A stretch of 64,000 nucleotides of DNA from a bacterium (lineage in GTDB: Bacteria > UBA8248), in NCBI GenBank assembly GCA_965219955.1, contig OZ244799.1, positions 1,248,001 to 1,312,000 of the forward strand. The letters are read 5' to 3'. The first letter of the stretch is position 1. Every line of letters starts with the position of its first letter. Positions 19,038-27,827 of the stretch are shown one piece after another. Under the pieces are notes generated by a model. The model was not told the origin of the DNA and ran no database searches. It saw only the letters and a program-made list of their open reading frames with translations. Made by a program: the position numbers and the translations under genes.

Positions 19038-20459
19038 ATGAATTATCGCTTCATCCCGTCGATGCTTCTGATTTTGTCCATGAGTTTCGCCGCGCCTGCG
19101 CAGGCGAACCCGGACATCGATTTCATGAAAAAAATCGAGAGGGCGTTCACGCAGATAGCGCAAGGCGTCAAGCCGACGGTGGTGAGCATACGGGTCGAGA
19201 GAAAAAAGGGGACCGCGCAGCAAAATCCCCAGTCGCCCCATCCGAACATGCCGCAGTTCTCCTCGGGCTCGGGCGTCATCATCGATCCGGCGGGATATAT
19301 TCTCACGAACAATCACGTGATCAGCAATGCGCGAAGACTGCGCGTGCGCCTCTCGGACGAGTCCGCCTACTGGGGGAAAGTCGTCGGCACGGATCGTTAT
19401 ACCGATCTCGCGCTCATCAAAATCGAGCCGCACCGCAAGCTGCCCGTGGCGACGCTCGGAGATTCCGACAAGGTGAAGGTGGGCCAGTGGTCGATAGCCG
19501 TGGGCGATCCGTTCGGCATTACGAGGACGTTCACGGTGGGCGTCGTGAGCGGCATCGGGCGCAGCGGCGTCGGCATCGCGCGCTATGAGCACTTCATCCA
19601 GACGGACGCCGCCATCAACCGGGGCAACAGCGGCGGGCCTCTCGTGAACATCGACGGGGAGGTCATCGGCATCAACACGGCGATTCCGGCCCCCGGCAGC
19701 GGCATCGGGTTCGCCATTCCCGTCAACATGGCGAAAGGCGTCGTCAAATACCTGAGAAGAAGCGGAAATTTCCCGCGCGGTTACCTGGGCGTGACCATCC
19801 AGCCGGTCAGCCGGGACATGGCCTATCTGCTGGGACTTTCCCGCGCGAAAGGCGCGCTCGTGGGTTCCCTGCTCAAAGACGGGCCGGCGGAGGGAGCGGG
19901 CATCCGCATGGGGGACGTCATCGTCCGCCTCGGCGGCACGAGCGTCGTGGATACCTCCCATCTGCAGCGGCTCGTGGGCTGGACGCCGCCGGGAGAAGCC
20001 GTGGCCGTGGAGGTGATGCGCGACGCCCGGAGAAAAAAATTCATGGTCAAGCTGGTCCGCCTGCCGGAACCGGAAACGACGGGCAAGGCCGCAGGGAACA
20101 CCGGGGTCGATGAACCCGAGACCAGGAAAAGCTACGGCGTGGCGCTCGAGAACCTGACCGATGAGCTGAAGCAAAAAAGCAACTTGCAGACGGACGGCGG
20201 CGTGTACATCAGCGACGTGGAAGAGGGCAGCAGGGCCTATTACGACGGTTTGCGCGAGGGCATGGTGATACGCGGGCTGACGTATCGGCTGCCCGGAAAC
20301 GGGAAAACGCCGGTCCGCGTCGTGATCGAAAAGCTGGAGGACGTCGAAGGGTTGCTGAAAGAAATTCCCGCCGGTACGAACGTCCTTGGCCAGGTCGTGC
20401 GCGGGACCGACCGCGGGGAGCGGACATTTTTCACGGTGCTTCATGGCTTCAAACGCTAG
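19038..20459 (+). CDS. degP: Do/DegQ (HtrA) family periplasmic serine protease
   Basis: Signal peptide, TNNHV/TDLAL/GNSGG catalytic triad and PDZ domains. True start is likely ATG 19038; the ORF-track extension lies in a repeat. Confidence 0.93.
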   Translation: MNYRFIPSMLLILSMSFAAPAQANPDIDFMKKIERAFTQIAQGVKPTVVSIRVERKKGTAQQNPQSPHPNMPQFSSGSGVIIDPAGYILTNNHVISNARRLRVRLSDESAYWGKVVGTDRYTDLALIKIEPHRKLPVATLGDSDKVKVGQWSIAVGDPFGITRTFTVGVVSGIGRSGVGIARYEHFIQTDAAINRGNSGGPLVNIDGEVIGINTAIPAPGSGIGFAIPVNMAKGVVKYLRRSGNFPRGYLGVTIQPVSRDMAYLLGLSRAKGALVGSLLKDGPAEGAGIRMGDVIVRLGGTSVVDTSHLQRLVGWTPPGEAVAVEVMRDARRKKFMVKLVRLPEPETTGKAAGNTGVDEPETRKSYGVALENLTDELKQKSNLQTDGGVYISDVEEGSRAYYDGLREGMVIRGLTYRLPGNGKTPVRVVIEKLEDVEGLLKEIPAGTNVLGQVVRGTDRGERTFFTVLHGFKR

Positions 20460-20493
20460 CTAACGGCTCAGGCCGCCTGAGGAGAGCATTCTT

Positions 20494-21576
20494 ATGCCGC
20501 AGATGAGAAGCGTCCTTTTCGCCTTGATCATCCTTGCCTTTCCGGCTCTTTCCGGCGCGAGCCCTGAAACCGAGATCCGCACCCTGCTGCCCAAAGACGG
20601 CATTCCCGCCATCGATGCACCCGAATACGCGAGCGTAAAAGATGCCGAGGGGTTCATGCAGCCGGGTGAGATGGTCATCGGCATCAACATCAACGGAGAG
20701 AAGCGGGCCTATTCCGTGCCCCTGCTCAGTTCACACGAGATCGTGAACGACGTCGTGGGAGGAAGCGCCGTCTCCGTGACGTGGTGACCGCTCTGCTATA
20801 CGGCCATCGTGTATGACCGTAACCTGGGCGGCAGGAAACTCTCTTTCGGCGTTTCGGGAAAACTCTGGAAAAACGTACTCATCATGTACGACCGCCAGAC
20901 GGACACGCTCTGGAGCCACCTGACGGGGGAAGGCCTCATCGGACCGCTCAAGGGGGAGCGCCTGGGGACGTTCCCCGCCGCCATGATGCGCTATTCGGAA
21001 TGGACGCAGCTCTATCCCGATACCCTGGTGCTCAAAAAAAAGCTGAAGGGGATGGGCGGCATGTTCCGCAGCTCCTCCCGGGACCCGTATGAGGGCTACT
21101 ACTACAGCGGGCAGACCGGCGTGATCCCCGAGAAATACCGGGACAACCGCTTGCATCCCAAAACCCTTCTGGTCGCCCTTGCGCTCGATTCCCCGGAAAA
21201 GAAAGGCGAGCAAATCGCCAAGGTGTATCCCTTCGCCGATCTGAACCGCGCCGGCGTGGTGAACGACCGCTTCGCAGGGCGTGACGTTCTGGTCACGTAC
21301 TGCGAGGGGGCGGGCACGGGGGTCGTTTTCGACCGCGTCCTGAAGGGCGAGACGCTGGAGTTCGAACTCATCACGAGCAAGGGAGCGAAGGGCGCCGCCG
21401 CCTGCCGGTTCATGAAGGACAGGAAAACGGGTTCGCGCTGGCAGCGCCTGACCGGCCTCGCCGTGGACGGGCCGATGAAAGGCGCCAGATTGAACCAGCT
21501 TTCCACGACGCTCGCGTTCTGGTTCGGCTGGAAGGATTATTTTCCCAAGAGCGTGATCTACCGCCACCCGAAATAG
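20494..21576 (+). CDS. DUF3179 family exported selenoprotein (Sec98, UxxC)
   Basis: Two same-frame ORFs joined by TGA 20785-20787 read HEIVND...VTW-U-PLC, matching the family motif TYCPLC. Also KDGIPAID, FGVSGKL and FWFGW. Has a signal peptide. Confidence 0.88.
20799..20821 (+). promoter_or_regulatory. Putative bacterial SECIS element
   Basis: Hairpin TACGG-C-CAT(cgtgt)ATG-A-CCGTA after an 11-nt spacer from the UGA. Confidence 0.7.
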
Positions 21577-21612
21577 TGGGATGAACCTGAAGCCCATGAG
21601 CCGGACGCCTGC

Positions 21613-21875
21613 GGGATTGTTGAAAAAGCCCTGTGGAGCGATTTTGGCTGATCGCAAGCTTTTGAAGTTCACTCCCCCCTCAAGGGGGGAGTGATTTTTC
21701 TCTCCTTGGGCTTTTTCAATAGCCCCTCAAGGGGAGGGAATCCCGATTATCGAATTGTTTGCCGTAGGGACAGGCCTCCGTGCCTGTCCTGACGAAGGAC
21801 AACCACGGAGGGCAGGACAACCCTTTTAGGTTGTTCTGCTACAAAATCATCACGAAGGTTTTTCAGCAGCCCCCA
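21613..21875. mobile_element. MITE-like unit with the empty palindrome TCACTCCCCCCTCAAGGGGGGAGTGA, plus a GTAG REP module
   Basis: TTGTTGAAAAA at about 21617, TTTTTCAATAGCC at about 21712, and GTAGGGACAGGCCTCCGTGCCTGTCC at 21764. Confidence 0.65.
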
Positions 21876-21939
21876 TGTTGTGCAGCTCATTTGAAACGCT
21901 TGCGCACGACCCACAGCCGCCTGGTAAGGAAACAGAAAT

Positions 21940-22710
21940 TTGAACCCCGTCATATTCGAAATCGGACCGTTCGCGCTTCGCTGGTATGGACTCATGTACG
22001 TCGCCGCCGTGCTGGCCGGCGTCTGGCTGGTGCGGAGGGAAGCCGCGCGCAAGGGGATGCCCATCACGCCGGATGAGGTGATGAACTTCGGCCTCCTCGT
22101 CATGTTCGCCGGCATCCTGGGCGGGAGAGCCTATTACGTCCTCTTCAACTGGGAGTTTTACCAGAGCGCCTTGTGGGAGGTCTTCGCCATCTGGAAAGGG
22201 GGCCTCGCCATACACGGCGGCCTCGTCGGGGGCGTGCTGGCCGGCTATCTTTACTTGAGGAACCACGCCGTATCCACCTGGGAGTTCGCCGACGCGGTGG
22301 CGCCCGCCGTCATGCTCGGCCAGGTGTTCGGGCGCTTCGGCAACTTCATGAACGGCGATGCGCACGGCGTGCCGACGTCGATGCCCTGGGGCGTGGAGTT
22401 TCCGATGACCTCCATCGCGGGCCGGGAATTCCCCGGACAGGCGACGCACCCCGTGATGATATACGAGCTTCTCCTGAACCTCCTGTGGTTCTTCATCCTG
22501 AGACGCTTGCGGCTCACGAACCACAAAGCGGGCTTCATCTTCTGCCTCTACTTCGTTCTCTACTCCCTCGGGCGCGCCGCCGTGAGCGGTTTCCGCGCGG
22601 ACAGCCTCTGGTTCGGCCCGGTGCGCGCCGCCTATCTCGCGAGCGCAGTGCTCGTCGTGGTGTTCGGGGCGATCATCGTGCGGTGGCGGATGTGGGAGCG
22701 GGAGGGATAG
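21940..22710 (+). CDS. lgt: Prolipoprotein diacylglyceryl transferase
   Basis: LRWYGLMY, IWKGGLAIHGG, GRFGNFMNGD and HPVMIYE. Confidence 0.96.
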   Translation: MNPVIFEIGPFALRWYGLMYVAAVLAGVWLVRREAARKGMPITPDEVMNFGLLVMFAGILGGRAYYVLFNWEFYQSALWEVFAIWKGGLAIHGGLVGGVLAGYLYLRNHAVSTWEFADAVAPAVMLGQVFGRFGNFMNGDAHGVPTSMPWGVEFPMTSIAGREFPGQATHPVMIYELLLNLLWFFILRRLRLTNHKAGFIFCLYFVLYSLGRAAVSGFRADSLWFGPVRAAYLASAVLVVVFGAIIVRWRMWEREG

Positions 22711-22819
22711 AATTCGTGAAAATTTTACGCAGTATCGCCTGCGCTATATTGACTGATTGGATAAATATATGGGATACTTCCTTTCCTGATACGTTAGACC
22801 ACGAAAGGAGATGCCGAGG

Positions 22820-23092
22820 ATGCAGGTATTTGTAGCCTTCAACATCTCTGACCCGGCACTGGTAAGAAAGAAACTGGAACAGCGGTATAGCGGCCGGTAT
22901 TATGACGATGACAATACTTTTTTTGTTGCTACGGAGGGGGAAACTACCCGACAGCTGGCTTCAAAAATTGGCCTCGGAGATGAAGAACCTGCAACTTCGG
23001 GAATCGTTATTCCTGTAACAAATTATTGGGGACGCTATAACTCGGAAGTTTGGGAATGGATCAGCGTGAAGTTGAGCGCCAATGGAAGGTAA
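22820..23092 (+). CDS. Small hypothetical protein, possible ferredoxin-like (Cas2/VapD-like) fold
   Basis: AGGAG RBS, lower GC, beta-alpha-beta pattern and C-terminal YWGRYNSEVWEWI. Confidence 0.6.
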   Translation: MQVFVAFNISDPALVRKKLEQRYSGRYYDDDNTFFVATEGETTRQLASKIGLGDEEPATSGIVIPVTNYWGRYNSEVWEWISVKLSANGR

Positions 23093-23336
23093 GGGTAGTG
23101 TCAGCCCGGAAAATATCGGGCCCAGACAGCCGACAACTCCACCTCCGAATGACTCAAATTGGGTTATGCACGCCATCAGTCAGCTTAATGGAAGGATTGA
23201 TAAAATAGACGAACGGCTGCGCGCCGTCGAAAACAAGATCAGCAAAGCCATGGGCTGGGGAACGGCAATGTTTCTCTTGTTGATTGTGATTCAAATTGTA
23301 TTGAAATTCGCCAACATCTCAATTTCTGTCAATTAA
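23082..23336 (+). CDS. Small coiled-coil protein with a C-terminal TM helix
   Basis: LNGRIDKIDERLRAVENKI followed by a hydrophobic helix. Overlaps the upstream stop. Confidence 0.6.
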   Translation: MEGKGSVSPENIGPRQPTTPPPNDSNWVMHAISQLNGRIDKIDERLRAVENKISKAMGWGTAMFLLLIVIQIVLKFANISISVN

Positions 23337-23453
23337 ACCGCAATTCTCGCCGAGCATATTCGAGGCATTCCCTGAGAAAGCCGGATTCGCCGGCAAATGG
23401 ATAAAACTTTCAGGTCCGAGCAAGATTCCTGCGAGATGAAAGATTTGCGAACC

Positions 23454-23682
23454 GTAGGGACAACCCTCCGTGGTTGTCCTTTTTCAGGATGGATGCAATC
23501 AGCGTAGGCACGGGGGCCTTTCCCTACGGGACCCCAATCCCCTCATCCTGAGCAGGCGCGCGAGCGCCGTATCGAAGGATGCTCGTTGCCTCTTTCCTCG
23601 GTGCGCGCCCTTCGATACGCGGCTTCGCCGCTACTCAGGGTGAAGGGTGTCGGGAGGCGGATTTCGGAAGTGCGCCCCTACG
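23454..23682. repeat. Cluster of GTAG REP and CTCATCCTGAG..CGTATCGAAGG palindromes
   Basis: GTAGGGACAACCCTCCGTGGTTGTCC and an inverted module pair at 23540-23646. Confidence 0.7.
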
Positions 23683-23809
23683 GGATCCATTATTCTCTTA
23701 CAAAAAATTTTCACCTTATCCCGGGAGATTTATCGAACATTTTTGGGTAAGATTACGCAAATTTCCCCTTTTCAACCCATCACCCGAGTCAAAACTGGAG
23801 AGCAAAGAC

Positions 23810-24529
23810 ATGGCAATTCGCATCGTGGATTTATCGCAGGAGATTTATGACGGCATGCCCGTCTATCCCGGGCACCAGCGGACGGGGGTGTTCCCCAACA
23901 AGACGCACGCGGAGACGGCCAAGGCCTATGCGAATTCGCCCTCGGGCCATACCTCGACGACGAACTGCCTCGTGATGAGCGACCACGGCCCCACGCACGT
24001 GGACGCCTTCTACCACATCGACAAGGACGGGGAGACCATCGACGAACTGGGCCTCGAGTGGTTCTACAACGAGGCGATTTGCCTGGACTTGTCGAAATTC
24101 TGCAACACCGAGGACTGGATGGAGCCGGCCGATCTGGAAAAGGCGTGCGCGGAGGCGAATCTGGAAGTCCCCGACAAGGGCAGCGTACTCATCTGGACGG
24201 GCCACTACGAGGCGAACTACGGCGGCGATTTTCACACCTGGCTCCACACGTATCCGGGCTTGAGTGAGGCGGCGATGGACTGGCTTGCGGACAGGGGCTG
24301 CATCAACGTGGGCATCGATTCGCCCAGCATCGATTCTTCCCAGGCCTTCCGAGACAAGGGCTACTGGGCGCACAAAGTCTGCCGGGAGCGCAAGGTGCTG
24401 AACGTGGAGAACCTCGGGAACCTGAAAGAGGTGGTGAACACGAAATTCATCTTCTCCTGCCTGCCGCTCAAGATTCGGGGCGGAACTGGTTCGCCCATTC
24501 GCGCCGTGGCGATTTATCACGGCGAGTGA
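23810..24529 (+). CDS. Cyclase family metal-dependent amidohydrolase (kynurenine formamidase-like)
   Basis: DLSQEI..MPVYPG, HGPTHVDAFYH, VGIDSPSID, VENL and GTGSPIRAVA. Confidence 0.93.
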   Translation: MAIRIVDLSQEIYDGMPVYPGHQRTGVFPNKTHAETAKAYANSPSGHTSTTNCLVMSDHGPTHVDAFYHIDKDGETIDELGLEWFYNEAICLDLSKFCNTEDWMEPADLEKACAEANLEVPDKGSVLIWTGHYEANYGGDFHTWLHTYPGLSEAAMDWLADRGCINVGIDSPSIDSSQAFRDKGYWAHKVCRERKVLNVENLGNLKEVVNTKFIFSCLPLKIRGGTGSPIRAVAIYHGE

Positions 24530-24530
24530 T

Positions 24531-25949
24531 ATGACGGCATTCCTGCGCGCGGCGGCGAACGTTCTCGTTCACGCTCCCGATCTGGTTCGCTACGGCTCGA
24601 AGCCCTGGCGCGAAACGTTAAGCAGCAATCAGGCTCCGGGTGACGTATTCGCCGATCTGCGCACTTTTGACGAGGTGGCCGGCTACCCGCCGAACCAGGC
24701 ATTCATCGGCAATCTGCCGCCCGAAAATCTGGGCGAAATACCGGCTCCGTGGTACGAGAATCCCCTCGCAGGCGCTTCGCCCGAGGGCCATTTTGGGGAA
24801 ATCCTCCCGCAGGATGCTTTCTACGCGCTTCTGGAAGCCGCCGATCAGTTCGGGTTGATCATGCTCGATAAGGAGCGCCCCGTTCCGGGCGCCATGGGTT
24901 CTGAGGCGGTCGCTGCGCTTCTCGAAAGGGAAAAACCTCCCAGGGAATACAAGCAAGCAGAGGTTTCAGGGCGCATCGAGGGAGGCGAGGCCCTGCCGCT
25001 TTTTCAGGATGGGGATCTAATAGGGTGCGTTCGGCGCGATCACGATTCGGACGAGTCGCTGGATGCCCGGATTCTCCTGGAAAACCTCTCGGCCAAGGCA
25101 AGCGGCGCGTATGCGCTCAGTCATCTTCTCGTGAAGGAAAAGGTCGCTCCTGATGCGATTGAGTATGTCATCAGTTGCTCGGAGGAGGCGGTCGGGGATC
25201 GCTACAATCGCGGCGGCGGCAATCTCGCCAAAACCATCGCCGAGATGGCGGGCTGCGCCAATGCGGCCGGCGTGGATGTGAAGTCCTTCTGCGCGGCGCC
25301 GGTGTATGCGCTCGTGCACGCGGCGGCCCTCATAGAGTCAGGCGTCGTTGAAAACGCCGTCGTCGTCGGAGGCGGTTCGATGGCGAAGCTCGGCATGAAG
25401 GCGTATTTCCACCTCGAAAAGGGGGTGCCCGTCCTGGAAGACGTACTGGGTGGTGTGGCGTTCTTGCTCACGAAAAACCCGGAAGACGGCCCCCGTGTGA
25501 ATCTCGAAGTCGCAGGACGCCACGCGGCGGGCAGGCCCTCCACGCCGCAAGGGCTGGCGGAGGCGCTCGTGCGCGACCCGCTGGCGCGAGCCGGGCGCAA
25601 GATAAGCAGCGTCGATAAGTACGCCGTCGAACTGCATAATCCCGAAATCATGCTGCCGGCGGGGGCGGGAGACGTGGCGGCTACGAACTACAGGATGCTG
25701 GCCGCCATGGCGGTCATGGGCGGGGAGATCGCCCGCGAGGAGATACCGGATTTCGTCGAAACGCACGGGATGCCCGGTTTCGCGCCCACGCAGGGGCACA
25801 TTCCCGCGGGCGTTCCCTTTCTCGGCCATGCGCTCGAGAGGATGCGGGCAGGAAGCCTACGGAGTACAATGGTCGTCGCCAAAGGGAGTCTGTTTCTGGG
25901 CCGGATGTCCCGGCAGGCCGACGGGGCTTCGGTGCTGATAGAAGCGTGA
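24531..25949 (+). CDS. grdC: Glycine/sarcosine/betaine reductase component C subunit beta
   Basis: [48 protein letters not shown] and KGSLFLGRM. Confidence 0.93.
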   Translation: MTAFLRAAANVLVHAPDLVRYGSKPWRETLSSNQAPGDVFADLRTFDEVAGYPPNQAFIGNLPPENLGEIPAPWYENPLAGASPEGHFGEILPQDAFYALLEAADQFGLIMLDKERPVPGAMGSEAVAALLEREKPPREYKQAEVSGRIEGGEALPLFQDGDLIGCVRRDHDSDESLDARILLENLSAKASGAYALSHLLVKEKVAPDAIEYVISCSEEAVGDRYNRGGGNLAKTIAEMAGCANAAGVDVKSFCAAPVYALVHAAALIESGVVENAVVVGGGSMAKLGMKAYFHLEKGVPVLEDVLGGVAFLLTKNPEDGPRVNLEVAGRHAAGRPSTPQGLAEALVRDPLARAGRKISSVDKYAVELHNPEIMLPAGAGDVAATNYRMLAAMAVMGGEIAREEIPDFVETHGMPGFAPTQGHIPAGVPFLGHALERMRAGSLRSTMVVAKGSLFLGRMSRQADGASVLIEA

Positions 25950-25984
25950 TTCATTCGTTTTTTGTAAGAAAGTGGAGGAAATCC

Positions 25985-26437
25985 ATGTTCGAAGGAAAGA
26001 AGGTGATCGCGCTGGGCGAGCGCGACGGCGTTCCCGGCCCGCTGATCGCCGAGTGCCTCGAGGCGGCGGGTGCGGAGGTCGTATTCCAGAAGACGGAGTG
26101 TTTCGTCTGAACCTCCGCGGGCGCCATGGACCTGGAGAACCAGGCCGCCATCAAGTCGATCGCGGATGATATCGGGTCGGAGAACCTGATGGTGGTATTG
26201 GGAATGCCCGGTGAAGGCCTTCGGCTCGCCGTCGAAACGCTGACCACCGGAGACCCGAGCTGGGCCGGGCCCCTGGCGGGAGTCTCGTTGGGACTCCCCG
26301 TTTATCATATCCTGGAAGAAAGGGTGCGAACCGGGATTCCCGAAGACGTTTACGCCGATAAGCTGCTCATGATGGAGATGGTGCTCGATTTGCCGCAGAT
26401 AGAAAGCGACCTCGCCGATATGCGCGCGGCCGGGTAG
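25985..26437 (+). CDS. grdA: Glycine/sarcosine/betaine reductase selenoprotein A (Sec42)
   Basis: [18 protein letters not shown]...TECFV-U(TGA 26108-26110)[11 protein letters not shown]...[25 protein letters not shown], with the CxxU motif. GGAGG RBS. Confidence 0.96.
26120..26151 (+). promoter_or_regulatory. Putative SECIS element of grdA
   Basis: CCTGG-AGAA-CCAGG apical stem (26131-26144) with an extendable lower stem, just 3' of the UGA. Confidence 0.65.
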
Positions 26438-26446
26438 AGGGAGAGG

Positions 26447-27730
26447 ATGTCCATGCGACTCGAAATGGGTTTATTTCCCGTTTCCAGAATCATCATCGGG
26501 AAGTGCTTCGATTACAAAGACGAAACGCTCACCGTGGACGCCGATGAACTCCGCGAACTGGCGCTCGAAGAAGGCGACCTCAAGGACGCGCGCTTTCACG
26601 CCGCCATGCCGGGCGATTCCGCCCGCATCACGAACGTCCTGGACGCTGTGGAGCCGCTCTACAAGGTGAGCGGGCGATCGTGCGCATTTCCGGGGTTTCT
26701 CGGCCCGGCGAAGACCGCAGGAGAGGGCCGCACCCACAAGCTGGCCGGCATGTGCGTCATCAGCTCCACCCGTTTTCTCGGCCCCATGACGGGCATCATG
26801 ACTTTCCGGGAAGGGATCATCGACATGTCCGGTCCCGGAGCGACCCACTGCACGAATTCGGAAACCGCGAACCTCGTCGCCTGCTACGAGCCGCTGGAGA
26901 ACGCATCGAACGAAGCGCACGACGACGCCGTCCGCCTGGCGACGCTTAAAATCGCGTCCCGGCTGGCCGAGCGCACGGCGGAGCTCGAACCCGTCAGGCT
27001 TGAAACCTTCGAACTTGGCGACGTTGACCCCGATCTCCCCCGGGTCGTCTTCGTCGATCAGGTCATGCACCAGGCGTCCATGGTGCAGACGTTCATGTAC
27101 GGCAAGAACCTGGGGGATTCGCTGCCCACGCTCATTCACCCCAACGAGATGCTCGACGGCGCGGTGGTGGGGGCGAACTACAAGACGCAGCAGAAGGCGC
27201 CGACCTACCTCCACTGCAACATGCCGCTCATCTACGAACTCTACCGCCGCCACGGGGTGGACCTGAATTTCGCGGGGGTGATCATCACGCGCGGCCACCA
27301 CGACAACCAGGCACTCAAGGAGCGCTCGGGGCAGTACGTGGCCAAGCTCGCCACCTTACTCAAGGCGGACGGCGCGGTCCTCGCCTTCGAGGGCGGCGGG
27401 AACTCCACGGTGGACTATTGGCTCACCGTTCAGGCGCTCGAGCAAATGGGCGTGCGCGCCGTTCCGATCATCTACGAGGTGGGCCGGCCCGGTTCGGGCG
27501 AGTTCCCGCTCGTCTTTCACGTGCCCGAGGCCGACGCCGTCATCTCCAAGGGCATGCAGGGGGAGCGCATCGACGCCCCGGCGATGGAGCGGGTCATCGG
27601 CTCCGAAGTCGTCGAGTTCTATAACGGCAAGAGCGTCAACACCCGCGAGGCCTTCACCCTGGCCGACAGTGACTACTACGCCAGCGAGTGGGCGAAGGAC
27701 ATCAACAACATGGTGGGCAAGGATTATTGA
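26447..27730 (+). CDS. grdE: Glycine/sarcosine/betaine reductase component B proprotein (GrdE/GrdG/GrdI family)
   Basis: MRLEMG, EGRTHKLAG, REGIIDMSGPGA, PTLIHPNEMLDGA and ADGAVLAFEGGGN. Confidence 0.88.
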   Translation: MSMRLEMGLFPVSRIIIGKCFDYKDETLTVDADELRELALEEGDLKDARFHAAMPGDSARITNVLDAVEPLYKVSGRSCAFPGFLGPAKTAGEGRTHKLAGMCVISSTRFLGPMTGIMTFREGIIDMSGPGATHCTNSETANLVACYEPLENASNEAHDDAVRLATLKIASRLAERTAELEPVRLETFELGDVDPDLPRVVFVDQVMHQASMVQTFMYGKNLGDSLPTLIHPNEMLDGAVVGANYKTQQKAPTYLHCNMPLIYELYRRHGVDLNFAGVIITRGHHDNQALKERSGQYVAKLATLLKADGAVLAFEGGGNSTVDYWLTVQALEQMGVRAVPIIYEVGRPGSGEFPLVFHVPEADAVISKGMQGERIDAPAMERVIGSEVVEFYNGKSVNTREAFTLADSDYYASEWAKDINNMVGKDY

Positions 27731-27827
27731 GGCGGGAGCTTTGTCCAGCGAGATATTCGCCCAAACGGGTGTCCGCCATGTTCACTGAGATATTGATTGG
27801 AATGAATTCATATCAGGAGGCCAGGCC

